64,000 nucleotides of DNA from Patescibacteria group bacterium (GCA_018817595.1 JAHITU010000001.1:32109-96108); one strand, 5' to 3'; positions 51,117 through 61,092 are shown, numbered from the stretch's first letter. The notes: generated from the letters alone by a model not told the origin. Program-made: numbers and translations.

Positions 51117-51519
51117 AGTCCAATCAAAACTTATCAAAGAACTAGAAAAAGTACCGATTGTGAGTGTTGCTTGTCGACGAAGTGGTGTATCACGTAATAG
51201 TTTTTATCGATGGTGTAATGAAGACCCTTATTTCGCATCACTAATAAATGACGCGTTGATAGAAGGAGAAGATTTTATAAATGACTTAAGTGAAAGTCAA
51301 TTAATAACCCTTATCAAAGAAAAAAAGTTTTCTGCGATTCGTTTTTGGCTAACACATCGTCATTCTAAATTCAAAAAGCAAGAGAGAGAAATATCTAAAA
51401 AAGACGATTTCGATTCCGAAATGGTTATTAAGACATTAGGATTAACCGATGAAGATTTCAAAGATGAGAATCTTAAAGAAACTACAAATAAAATTACTGA
51501 TCACCTATTAAATCTATAA
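51103..51519 (+). CDS. HTH protein, small-terminase-like
   Basis: VSVACRRSGVSRNSFYRW..D..F, AIRFWL. Confidence 0.65.
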   Translation: MKKDRVQSKLIKELEKVPIVSVACRRSGVSRNSFYRWCNEDPYFASLINDALIEGEDFINDLSESQLITLIKEKKFSAIRFWLTHRHSKFKKQEREISKKDDFDSEMVIKTLGLTDEDFKDENLKETTNKITDHLLNL

Positions 51520-51522
51520 AGA

Positions 51523-52047
51523 TTATTCAATCCATTCCATAACCTCTAGATAATCATATCCAGTTGCAAAATCAATATTTTGATTAAGGTTTTTAGCTGT
51601 TCCGTTAACTGCTTTAACTAAAGATTCTAACTTAGATTTATCTGTTATGTTTAGAGCTTCATATGAAGGAATAAGAAATATAGCTTTTCCTAAATTTGTA
51701 TCCATTATTCCAATATACCCATCTCCTTTTCTATTTTTGGTTGCATAAAATGGATATTCATAAATTTTTGGATCGTTATCAACTATCCTTGCAATAGTGT
51801 ATTGAACAAACACAGCAGATAAATTTTTATCTTTATCTATTATTGTATTTTCAAGTCTATTTAAACTAGTTGTATAAGGGTTAGGTTTAACAATTTGTTT
51901 TGTATTAATAACTTCCTCTGCTTTATTGTTGTCTGTTTTTTCAACAATATTTATTGTTTTACTAATTTCTTTTGTTGAATCATTAGATCCTAATAAATAG
52001 AGAAATGTAACAAAAACAAAAATCCCTAATAATATTTTTCTTCTCAT
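51523..52047 (-). CDS. membrane-anchored hypothetical protein
   Basis: N-terminal TM/signal segment. Confidence 0.7.
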   Translation of the reverse strand: MRRKILLGIFVFVTFLYLLGSNDSTKEISKTINIVEKTDNNKAEEVINTKQIVKPNPYTTSLNRLENTIIDKDKNLSAVFVQYTIARIVDNDPKIYEYPFYATKNRKGDGYIGIMDTNLGKAIFLIPSYEALNITDKSKLESLVKAVNGTAKNLNQNIDFATGYDYLEVMEWIE

Positions 52048-52092
52048 TTTTCGCGTAGGTTTTAATTAATAATGATCTAGTATAGTAAAAAC

Positions 52093-52198
52093 AAAAATGG
52101 CTACACAAGACCGACGGCAACCCTCTTTCGAAGATTACCCTGCCTCCCTTTCGGGTGCAGACCTACGCGAATAAGTGCCGGCTTATGTAGCCGTTTTT
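52093..52198 (-). ncRNA. putative structured antisense RNA (C4/CI-like architecture)
   Basis: closing stem, two GAAA-capped hairpins, G-U pairs on the minus strand only; junction complementary to 52197-52210 and 52050-52060. Confidence 0.6.
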
Positions 52199-52395
52199 AT
52201 TCGCGTAGGTTTTTTATTTGTACCATGCTAAATGTAAATTTAGTTTAGGTATTGTCAATTGATATAATACAGTATCCTTAATGTATTATCTACTCATTAT
52301 ATCGCAGTTCATTTGTTTTGCTAAGGAAAGTTACCAACACGTTGTCGACATCAAAATGCTTAGCAAAAGACTCTTTCTCTGTCATTAATATAGGT

Positions 52396-53715
52396 ATGGA
52401 AACGAATACATTTTCACAACAAACTCAATCGGCAATTATTCCAGATATTAAAATGAGATATTGTTTATACGCAAGAAAAAGTACGGAATCAGATGAACGG
52501 CAAGCTTTATCCATAGAATCACAAGTTAAAGAAATGTTACAGATAGCCGAAAGAGAAGGTCTTGAAATTGTTGATATTAGAAGAGAATCTAAATCAGCTA
52601 AAGATTCAAATAATAGACCTGTTTTTAAAGAATTACTTCTTGATATATCAAAAGAACGATTCAATGCTATCCTCACATGGGCACCTGATAGATTATCTAG
52701 AAATGCAGGTGATCTTGGTTCGGTTGTAGATTTAATGGATGCTAAAAAACTTTTAGGTATTCGTACTTACGGACAGACATTTTCAAATTCTCCAAATGAA
52801 AAATTTCTTTTAATGATTCTTTGTTCTCAAGCAAAATTAGAAAATGACAATAGAGGTATAAATGTAAAAAGAGGATTAAGAACCAGATGTGAAATGGGAT
52901 TATGGCCAACTTGTCCACCCACAGGATATTTCAAAGAAAAAAGAATGGATAGGAAATGTGAGTGTATCATAGATGAAAAAAGAGCTCCTGTTATAAAACA
53001 AATTTTTGAAAAAGTAGCTTACGAAAAATGGTCTGGTAGAAAACTTTATCATTGGCTTAGATTTGATTTAAACTTCAGAACAGAATTAGGAAAGAAACAT
53101 TTAAGTTTAGGAAATATTTATCGATTATTAGAAAACACATTCTATTATGGAACTTTTGAATATCCTAGAGGTAGTGGTAATTGGTATCAAGGGAAACATA
53201 AACCAATTATTACAAAAGAATTGTTTAATTTAGTTCAAGAACAAGTAAAAAATTCTCAATTGGTTAGAAAAGAAAATATAGAATTTGCATTTACTAAAAT
53301 TATGAAATGTGGATTATGTGGTTCTGGAATTTCGGCAAGTGAGAAATTTAAAAAGTTAAAAAATGGAGATTTTAACCGTCATATATATTATGGTTGTACT
53401 AAAGCAAAAGATAAAAATTGTAAATGTGGTTATATCAATGAAACTGATTTGATTAAACAACTACAAAAACTTGTAGATAAATTAGATTTTAAAAAAACTC
53501 TTATAGAAGATAAAATTAAATTAGAAATTAAGAGATTTAAAAAATTTCAAAATATGATTGTTGGTAAAAGTAATGAAATCAAAGTAAGTGATGTAGATAT
53601 AAAAAATTATATAAAATTTATTTTGAAAGAGGGGGAAAATCAAGAAAAAAGAGAATTAATGAAATGTTTTAAATCAAGAATAAAGATAGTTAAGAAAAGT
53701 ATAAATATTAATTAA
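52396..53715 (+). CDS. large serine recombinase (start revised to METNTF)
   Basis: YARKS catalytic Ser, DRLSRN, PTGY, GKHKPII, CGLCG..YYGC zinc ribbon. Confidence 0.92.
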   Translation: METNTFSQQTQSAIIPDIKMRYCLYARKSTESDERQALSIESQVKEMLQIAEREGLEIVDIRRESKSAKDSNNRPVFKELLLDISKERFNAILTWAPDRLSRNAGDLGSVVDLMDAKKLLGIRTYGQTFSNSPNEKFLLMILCSQAKLENDNRGINVKRGLRTRCEMGLWPTCPPTGYFKEKRMDRKCECIIDEKRAPVIKQIFEKVAYEKWSGRKLYHWLRFDLNFRTELGKKHLSLGNIYRLLENTFYYGTFEYPRGSGNWYQGKHKPIITKELFNLVQEQVKNSQLVRKENIEFAFTKIMKCGLCGSGISASEKFKKLKNGDFNRHIYYGCTKAKDKNCKCGYINETDLIKQLQKLVDKLDFKKTLIEDKIKLEIKRFKKFQNMIVGKSNEIKVSDVDIKNYIKFILKEGENQEKRELMKCFKSRIKIVKKSININ

Positions 53716-55151
53716 ACATTTAATATAGATTGTAAACGCTCTTCTAGAATTGAATCAAAATTTTTATCTGATTCTTTTCGTAATTCAATCATATCTATTA
53801 AATCTTTATCAGATAGTGGAAATATAATTACTCCATGGCGAAGATAGTGTTGTTGAGAACGTTTAATATCATTATTAGAAATATCCTTTCTTTGTATTAA
53901 AAATATAAATTCTCTACGATCTTTTAGTGTATAACCTAAGGCTTGATTAAATTCCTTATTTCCTACTTTTGTTTTATCAAAATTTTTTGCTTCGATGATT
54001 AATGAGGCAACAATAATTTTAGTTTTCTCTATAACTTTAAAAAAATTTGTTTTTGATGCGTTCAAAAAGTTTACATCATATCTATAAGTATCACCAAATG
54101 AACGAGTTTCTATTTTACCTCTTAATAAATTATCCCCATAAAGAGCTTGGAAAATTTTCATTAACATCTGACTATATTCAGCAGACATTTCACTTCCTGG
54201 AATAATATTTTCTATTTCTTTTATATATTTATCCCAATTTATTTTAGGTTTTCTCGGTCTACGTTTGTTCTCAAATTTATGTGGATTATCTACGTATTTA
54301 TTAATTAATTTTGGTCTTTCTTCTGAAAGTTTTCTTGCTGCAGAAATAACTCCTTTAACTTTAAATTGACGAAGTAATTTTTCTTCTATATCTTTTATTA
54401 ATACTTTAGGTTCTTTTCCTATACTACCAAAAGAATTTATACGCGATATTTCTTCATGTTGAAGTATATATTTAAGAAAACCTTTATAAAATTCATCTGT
54501 AGATAAAATTGGCATTTTTCTAACTATATGCCTAGGTACTAAAAGCCTATACTCTCCATTATTAAAATAAGGTAGATTAACTTTTAGTCTAGGTTTCCAT
54601 TCTTTTGAATTAAAATCAAAACCTCTTGGTAAAGGAACAGTTATTGTTTTTAAATCATAAGTTTCAACTTGTTCTTTTGTGTATTTAATTAAGTTATCAA
54701 GAGCAAATCCTGCAGTCATATCAGATATAAGATCTGGGCCAAAACCTTCTATTTGAATAACTAATTCAGCCAAGGCTTTCAACCCAACTTTTTTTATATC
54801 AGGATTATCAAAAATAGTTTCCTTAAGAAGTAATGCTCTTTTTCCTGCTGTTCCTGAACCTTCTGTTCCTTTTACACAGTGACCAAATCCTAACTCCTGA
54901 GCTTCTGGAAAATGTAAAAATTCTAGTAGTTTAGCAGTATTAATCTTTTTATTTTTATATTTTTCAAGTAAATCATTAAAATACCAAAACATCATAGCCT
55001 GAACTTCATTCCAGATTTTATCATCTGTTTCGTACATTAAATAAACATCTAAATATACCGGGATATCTTTATCCTTATCAGGAAAAATAAAATCAACTTC
55101 ATATTGTTTATACTCAGATTGAATGTCATCAAGTGTTTTTAGTTTTTTCAT
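53712..55151 (-). CDS. putative restriction-endonuclease-like protein
   Basis: C-terminal RYDV..IIEAKN..EFNQALGY; N-terminal IEGFGPDLISDMT block. Confidence 0.6.
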   Translation of the reverse strand: MKKLKTLDDIQSEYKQYEVDFIFPDKDKDIPVYLDVYLMYETDDKIWNEVQAMMFWYFNDLLEKYKNKKINTAKLLEFLHFPEAQELGFGHCVKGTEGSGTAGKRALLLKETIFDNPDIKKVGLKALAELVIQIEGFGPDLISDMTAGFALDNLIKYTKEQVETYDLKTITVPLPRGFDFNSKEWKPRLKVNLPYFNNGEYRLLVPRHIVRKMPILSTDEFYKGFLKYILQHEEISRINSFGSIGKEPKVLIKDIEEKLLRQFKVKGVISAARKLSEERPKLINKYVDNPHKFENKRRPRKPKINWDKYIKEIENIIPGSEMSAEYSQMLMKIFQALYGDNLLRGKIETRSFGDTYRYDVNFLNASKTNFFKVIEKTKIIVASLIIEAKNFDKTKVGNKEFNQALGYTLKDRREFIFLIQRKDISNNDIKRSQQHYLRHGVIIFPLSDKDLIDMIELRKESDKNFDSILEERLQSILNV

Positions 55152-55312
55152 TTGATTTTTTATACAATTATATTAATTAATAATACAAAATATAATCATA
55201 TAACACCATAGATAATTTAAAATATATAAATTTAAATGAATAATAATAAATAAAAAACACCTAATTAGGTGTTTTTTATTTATTAAAGCTATTTCGTGCT
55301 AGCACGATGTTG

Positions 55313-55399
55313 CGGAGAGGGAGGGATTCGAACCCTCGGAGGTTTTAACACCTCGGCACGTTAGCAGTGTGCTGGTTTAAGCCACTCACCCACCTCTCC
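55313..55399 (-). tRNA. tRNA-Ser(GCT)
   Basis: GGAGAGG acceptor, CT-GCT-AA loop, long variable arm, G discriminator. Confidence 0.93.
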
Positions 55400-55547
55400 G
55401 TGTTTTTATTTAATTGTAATCGGTCGGGATTCGGTCTCAAATCAAGACATCTTCGTATTTGTATTACCCCTATAAGTTAACATATTTTAAACTTTTTTTC
55501 TATATAAAAAACCAAGGCGAAGTGTTTCCATCACTTCGCCTATTTAT

Positions 55548-55727
55548 TTATAGAGAATCAATTCCAGAGCCAAGAACTCTGAATTTAATTCCGTCTATTC
55601 CTGTTGATTGATGGGCTCTTTCAAAAGCCCTCCCTAAAGCTTCTCGGAGTCCATCTCCTGATTCTTTTTTTGTTTCTTCTTCTTGAGGAGGTTCTCCTTT
55701 TCTTTTTCTTTTATTTTCTTTAGTCAA
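55548..55727 (-). CDS. 59-aa orphan protein (not in ORF track)
   Basis: AAGGAGG SD, TTG start, MTKENKRKRKGEPPQ...GIDSL, hairpin at 55516-55540 after the stop. Confidence 0.5.
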   Translation of the reverse strand: MTKENKRKRKGEPPQEEETKKESGDGLREALGRAFERAHQSTGIDGIKFRVLGSGIDSL

Positions 55728-55861
55728 AATAGCCTCCTTTTTTTAACAAGTTAATATCTACCTAAAAAATACCATATTTATTTTTAAAAATCTATATCAA
55801 ATATTCACAATATATAAGATAATTAAAATTAATTAAGATATAATTAAAAAAACAAAAAATT

Positions 55862-56443
55862 ATGAAGAGTAAAAACAAAATTTTAATTATTTTAGGACAT
55901 CCTCTTAAAGATTCTTTTTGTGGGGCTTTGGCTCAGTCATATATAAAAGGAGCAAATGAAAGCTCTAAGGAAATAAAAACTATTTACCTAGGGGATTTAG
56001 ACTTTGACCCTGTTTTAAGAAATGGATACAAAAAAATTCAAGAACTAGAACCTGATTTAATTAATGCTCAAGAAAAAATAAAGTGGGCAGAACATATTGT
56101 TTTAATTTATCCGACTTGGTGGGCCACCTATCCAGCCTTGGTTAAAGGATTTTTTGATAGAATACTATTACCTTCCTTTGGATTTAGGTTTGAAAAAGAG
56201 AGTAACTGGCTACCTAAAAAATTATTAAAAGGACGCACCCTGCAATTAATAATCACCATGGATGGACCGCCTTTGTTATATAGGTTTTTCTTAGGTAATT
56301 TACATAAAAAAATTATTAAACAGACATTAGGTTTTTGTGGGATTAAATTAACCAAAACAAATTATTTTGGTTCTATGAAAAAGTCTAGCTCTTATCAAAG
56401 AAAAAAATGGTTAGATACTGTTTATAGTTTTGGAAAAAAATAA
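55862..56443 (+). CDS. NAD(P)H dehydrogenase (quinone), flavodoxin-like fold
   Basis: ILGHP..SFC, PTWWATYPALVKGFFDR. Confidence 0.9.
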   Translation: MKSKNKILIILGHPLKDSFCGALAQSYIKGANESSKEIKTIYLGDLDFDPVLRNGYKKIQELEPDLINAQEKIKWAEHIVLIYPTWWATYPALVKGFFDRILLPSFGFRFEKESNWLPKKLLKGRTLQLIITMDGPPLLYRFFLGNLHKKIIKQTLGFCGIKLTKTNYFGSMKKSSSYQRKKWLDTVYSFGKK

Positions 56444-56524
56444 CCTAAACAAAAATACAACTCAAATGAGTTGTATTTTTGTTTAGAATTATAAATTTTA
56501 GATTTTAAATTTTAAATTTCTGGA

Positions 56525-56584
56525 CCTGCCTGCCCACGCCTGCCCACGCCTGCCGGCGCGCTGGGACGCGCAGGGGCAGGCAGG
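56525..56584. repeat. family A 60-bp triply nested palindrome
   Basis: CCTGCCTGCC[CACGCCTGCC[CACGCCTGCCGGCGCGCTGG]GACGCGCAGG]GGCAGGCAGG. Confidence 0.9.
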
Positions 56585-56903
56585 CTGCTTTGTCGAGTAA
56601 ATTTTATTTATATAGTTGTAACAAAGTGCTGGGGAAACAATCTAGTTTTTTATATATATTAAAAGGGCTTAAAATATATCTATTAAATAGCCCTCCGCCA
56701 GCTGGCGGACGGTTGGGCTATTTAATTTATGCAAAACAAAAATCCCCCCATGCATCTGCGGGGGGATTTTTTTTAAAATCAATCAATTTTAAAAAAATGG
56801 AATTAATTTGTACCGCGCCAATTCCTTTGGCGCTAAATATCGAATCGCATCACTTTCCTCCTGTTGAGTTGCCACTATCCTTGATAGTGGCAGACCAGAC
56901 CGT

Positions 56904-57026
56904 CTATTTAAGGCAATTGTTGTCCTGTGCGCCGACGACTACCTCGTCATTCATTGTGGCTGCGGACTGACCGGAAAAGGCAACTTCTTCATAAGAAGCG
57001 CTGTTGGGAAAAATTTTGGGATTCAT
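56904..57026 (-). CDS. 40-aa orphan peptide (not in ORF track)
   Basis: AAGGAG SD, MNPKIFPNSASYEEVAFSGQ...NCLK. Confidence 0.4.
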   Translation of the reverse strand: MNPKIFPNSASYEEVAFSGQSAATMNDEVVVGAQDNNCLK

Positions 57027-57238
57027 AGGATATCTCTCCTTTGAAAAAATTAAGAACTTAAGCCACAATTGTGGCTAACTACTTTATAATTTAACAAATT
57101 TCATAAAAAACGCAAGTCTTTTTGTGGGGAAAAATAAAAAATTTAAACTACTTGGCAGTTCAATTGCCAAGTAGTTTTATTTAAAATTTAAAACCACTAA
57201 AGGGAAAAACTTCTTTCCTTTTAGTGGTTTTTTGCGAA

Positions 57239-57466
57239 TTAATCGCAGGAGCTGGGTTTGGGTGGAGATGTCAGAATTCCTATATCTTTCTTTCCATTGA
57301 AGGGAGGTTCAGATATATCAACATCAGCTCCTCCGCAGGCACCTTCACCACACCGGCAATTTCCTGTATTGCCAGTTACTCGACAGCAGTTTTTTCCTCT
57401 ACCGTTTGGACAAGGATCATTTGGTTCTTTTTTTTCTTTCTTATTTTGGTATTGATGCGCAACCAT
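57239..57466 (-). CDS. small Cys/Gly-rich protein
   Basis: GAGGGG SD, upstream TTGCAT/TATACT, PNDPCPNGRGKNCC. Confidence 0.5.
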   Translation of the reverse strand: MVAHQYQNKKEKKEPNDPCPNGRGKNCCRVTGNTGNCRCGEGACGGADVDISEPPFNGKKDIGILTSPPKPSSCD

Positions 57467-57587
57467 AAGCCCCCCTCTATAAATTAGTTAACAGCTATTA
57501 TTAGTATAAGAATATAATCAAAAAATGCAAGAAAGAAAAAGACGGTCGCTTTTGCGACCGTCTTTTCCCTAATTAGCTAATTCCTAA

Positions 57588-57627
57588 CCTGCCTGCCCCT
57601 GCGCGCCGGCAGGCGTGGGCAGGCAGG
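57588..57627. repeat. family A 40-bp nested palindrome
   Basis: CCTGCCTGCC-CCTGCGCGCCGGCAGGCGTG-GGCAGGCAGG. Confidence 0.9.
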
Positions 57628-57639
57628 TTTCCTAAAAAG

Positions 57640-58116
57640 CTATCTTGTGTATTTAAGAGTATTTCCCCTATCTAAATAAATCATCTCTAGATTGTTTTCA
57701 TCTAATTTTACAATTTGATAGAAAAATTGTTCACCTCCTGATACATAAAGCATATATTTTCCGTTTTCACTTTCAAGAGTTTCTCTTGTAATAGGATATT
57801 CGTCATAAAGCATAATTGGTCCTTCACTCATAGCTGCTCCGTCATAAAAATCAATTTTATATTTATCGCTGAATTCAATAACTGATTTTTCATCATCTAA
57901 TGATTTCCAAGGTCCTCTCATTTTTTCATAATTATTTAAACCAATTAAATCCCTTTCTTGGCTCTCCTGATTCCCTTGATTCTCTTGATTTTTCACAATG
58001 GAATCATTGTTAACGTCACTTTCCTCTAAATTTTCAATTGGTTTATCTAGAAAACTTAAACCAAACCATGCCAACAAAACAATTCCTATTAATATCCAAA
58101 TTTTTTCTGATTTCAT
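57640..58116 (-). CDS. membrane-anchored hypothetical protein
   Basis: N-terminal TM, GPWKSLDD..GNTLKYTR. Confidence 0.7.
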   Translation of the reverse strand: MKSEKIWILIGIVLLAWFGLSFLDKPIENLEESDVNNDSIVKNQENQGNQESQERDLIGLNNYEKMRGPWKSLDDEKSVIEFSDKYKIDFYDGAAMSEGPIMLYDEYPITRETLESENGKYMLYVSGGEQFFYQIVKLDENNLEMIYLDRGNTLKYTR

Positions 58117-58314
58117 AATAATTAATATTATTAAACTAATAAAAATATTTTTTAAAAAATAACGATTTATGATTTAACTTTTAATTAATATCAAACGGGT
58201 TCAACTTTATAGACCTTACTTTATAGACTTTTCACTTATTTTAATTATAACATAAAAAAAGGCATTGAAAGATTAAAAACTCTTTCAATGCCTTATCGTC
58301 ACGATGGTCCTCTC

Positions 58315-58476
58315 TCACTTTTTTACTCTCCTTACTTTTCCTATTTTAGGAATATTTAAATGACCTCCTCGTCTTAATCTTTTCGCAATAAGACGAAGAA
58401 CAGTAGGTTCTCCTTTTAAAGTAATAAATTTGTTAGAACCACAAGTTTTCCTAACTTCTAATTTAATTTCTTTCAC
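58315..58476 (-). CDS. 53-aa basic orphan protein (start revised to GTG)
   Basis: AGGAGG SD before GTG; hairpin at 58258-58293 after the stop. Confidence 0.5.
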   Translation of the reverse strand: MKEIKLEVRKTCGSNKFITLKGEPTVLRLIAKRLRRGGHLNIPKIGKVRRVKK

Positions 58477-58914
58477 TTTTAACCTCCTTAAACAAAACAA
58501 TTAAAATAACAACCTTGTACCAACTTAACACATAGAGATTTAAATTCAAGGGATAAAAGCTTTTTAAATCTTTATATGAAAATTGGGTCAGGGTTTAAAA
58601 AATAAAACCCTGACCATGTTACTGAGGTCTTATAAAGGCCACCAACCAAATAAAGAACTTTAGAGGATCACTGTAAAAAATACTGCCCCGATTATATCAC
58701 TAGCCGATATCATAATGTCCTCCTTATAAAAAACTATGATATTAAAATCAAATCAATTTAATGCTATGATAAACATATCATATTTATCCCGTTAGAGAAA
58801 GAAAAAAGAAAGATAAAAACGGGAAAAAATTATCAATTAAATTAAGGTAATTTATTAAGAGTAATTAGGGGCTAGTCCCGTTAGAAACACTTTTAATAAA
58901 GTATTTCTAACGGG

Positions 58915-61092
58915 ATGAATTTAAATTCAACAATAGAAAAAGAATTTCGTATCAACGAAACTCAAAAAAAAGCTTTGAAGAGATTGGGTCTTAAAACTAT
59001 TGAAGACCTGCTTTTTTATTTCCCTAATCGATACGAAAGCACCGAAGATCTGAGAGAAATCAAAGGCTTAAAAAAGGGAGAGAAAATAATTCTCTACGCC
59101 CAAGTCAAAAAAATCAAAGCCACTAAAGCCTATTACAAAAAAATTCCTATGACCGAAGCTGTCCTTGAAGATGCTTCCGGAGTAATTACTGCCATTTGGT
59201 TTCGCCAAGCCTATATCTCTAAAATGCTTCCTGAAGGCTCTTTTGCTAAGTTTACCGGTACTATTTCTGAACGAAATGGTAAATTATATTTAGCCAATCC
59301 AGAATATCATGAGGTCAGCACTTTGCCGATTATTTCTGATGAATCATTATTCTCGGAGAAAGACAAAGATTCTTTTGTTCTCCCGATTTACCCTGAAACC
59401 CGAGGTTTAAGTTCAAAATGGATTTACCATACAATTTTAAAAATATTTTCCGAAGGAGTAATGGACGAAATTCAAGATCCTATTTCTGAAAAAATTTTAA
59501 AAAAATACAATCTTCCAACCTTAAAAACGGCTTTGATTTGGATTCATACCCCTCAAAAAAAATCTGATGCCGAAGCTTCTAGAAAAAGATTCGCCTTTGA
59601 AGAAATTTTCTTTATTTCTCTTCTTCGAGCTAAACAAAAAACAGCTTATCAGAAAAATCCTTCTTTTAAAATTTCTAAAACAAGAAAAGAGCTGAAAGAT
59701 TTTATAGACCGCTTCCCCTTTAAACCGACAGATTCTCAAACAACATCAATCAAAACTATTTTAGATGATTTTAAAAAAGATTATGCTATGAATCGTTTAC
59801 TTGAAGGTGATGTGGGATCTGGAAAAACTGCGGTGGCTGCAGCGACTATTTATGCTATCACTACTACTGCTCCCAAAGACCGACCTTCGGCTCGATTGCA
59901 AACCGCCTATATGGTCCCGACGGAAATTTTAGCTAAACAACATTTTGAATCCTTTATTAAATTTTTTGAATATTTAAATATCAATATCGGACTGATTACT
60001 TCTTCAGGTTGTTTTAAATTTCCTTCCAAAGTGAACCCTACTGACTGGACTAAAATTTCTCGCTCTCAACTTCTGAAGTGGGTATCCAATGGTGAAATAC
60101 CCATCTTGATCGGGACACATTCTTTAATTCAAAAAACAGTTGAATTTAAAAATTTGGCTTTTATTGTTATCGATGAACAACATAAATTCGGAATATTACA
60201 AAGACAAAAATTAACTAGGAAAAATAGCACCGAGTCAGGCACAAAAGAACTTACTCCGCATTTATTATCTATGACAGCCACTCCTATTCCTCGAACATTG
60301 GCTTTGAGTATTTACGGAGACCTTGATTTAACCCTTTTGGATCAAATGCCTCATGGAAGAAAACCAATTATTACAGAAATAGTTACTCCGAATAAAAGAA
60401 ATCAAGCCTATGAACAAATAAAATTAGAACTTAAAAAAGGCAGACAAATGTATGTTATTTGTCCTCGCATTGAAGAAGCCGATCCTAATAAAGCCGGAGC
60501 CTTGAGAGTAAAATCAGTTGTCGAAGAAGCTAAAAGACTCAAAGCAGAAATATTTCCTGAATATGAAATAGGAGTCCTACATAGCAAAATGAAACCTGCG
60601 GAAAAAGAAGAAATTATGAATGCTTTCACAGAAGCCAAAATTGATATTTTAGTGGCTACTTCTGTGGTGGAAGTAGGAGTAAATGTTCCCAATGCTACTG
60701 TGATTATTTTAGAAGGAGCAGAGAGATTCGGGCTAGCTCAACTTCATCAATTAAGGGGACGAGTAATTCGTTCTAACCATCAAGCTTATTGTTTTGTTTT
60801 TAGTGACACCAAATCAGATAATACTATAAAAAGACTGAGTGCTTTAAAGACTGCCAAAAACGGATTTGAATTAGCTGAATTTGATTTAGAATTAAGAGGT
60901 TCTGGAGAGTTAATTGGAAATAAACAATGGGGAGTTTCTGATTTAGGAATGGAAGCTATTAAAAATCTTAAATTAGTAGAAGCTGCCCGCACAGAAGCCC
61001 AAAAATTAATAGAGGATAATCCTGATTTACAAGATTACCCCCTAACTGCTCAAAAAATCGCTAAAATTGAAAAACTTATTCATTTTGAATAG
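58915..61092 (+). CDS. recG: ATP-dependent DNA helicase RecG
   Basis: GDVGSGKT, DEQHKFG, MTATPIPRTL, QLHQLRGRV. Confidence 0.96.
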   Translation: MNLNSTIEKEFRINETQKKALKRLGLKTIEDLLFYFPNRYESTEDLREIKGLKKGEKIILYAQVKKIKATKAYYKKIPMTEAVLEDASGVITAIWFRQAYISKMLPEGSFAKFTGTISERNGKLYLANPEYHEVSTLPIISDESLFSEKDKDSFVLPIYPETRGLSSKWIYHTILKIFSEGVMDEIQDPISEKILKKYNLPTLKTALIWIHTPQKKSDAEASRKRFAFEEIFFISLLRAKQKTAYQKNPSFKISKTRKELKDFIDRFPFKPTDSQTTSIKTILDDFKKDYAMNRLLEGDVGSGKTAVAAATIYAITTTAPKDRPSARLQTAYMVPTEILAKQHFESFIKFFEYLNINIGLITSSGCFKFPSKVNPTDWTKISRSQLLKWVSNGEIPILIGTHSLIQKTVEFKNLAFIVIDEQHKFGILQRQKLTRKNSTESGTKELTPHLLSMTATPIPRTLALSIYGDLDLTLLDQMPHGRKPIITEIVTPNKRNQAYEQIKLELKKGRQMYVICPRIEEADPNKAGALRVKSVVEEAKRLKAEIFPEYEIGVLHSKMKPAEKEEIMNAFTEAKIDILVATSVVEVGVNVPNATVIILEGAERFGLAQLHQLRGRVIRSNHQAYCFVFSDTKSDNTIKRLSALKTAKNGFELAEFDLELRGSGELIGNKQWGVSDLGMEAIKNLKLVEAARTEAQKLIEDNPDLQDYPLTAQKIAKIEKLIHFE

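Larger units (their letters stand above)
44875..55330. mobile_element. about 10.4-kb genomic island at the 3' end of tRNA-Ser(GCT)
   Basis: 20-bp direct repeat TGCGGAGAGGGAGGGATTCG at 44875 and 55311; serine recombinase, repressor, methyltransferase and defence-like cargo. Confidence 0.75.

Noticed and set aside
52093-52198. c-di-GMP-I or other known riboswitch
   Set aside because: GAAA loops are present but I could not find the conserved core motifs; the flanking complementary sites fit antisense control better.
56590-56970. 126-aa plus-strand ORF
   Set aside because: Runs through repeats and a terminator-like hairpin and has no start signals; the SD-led ORF lies on the minus strand.
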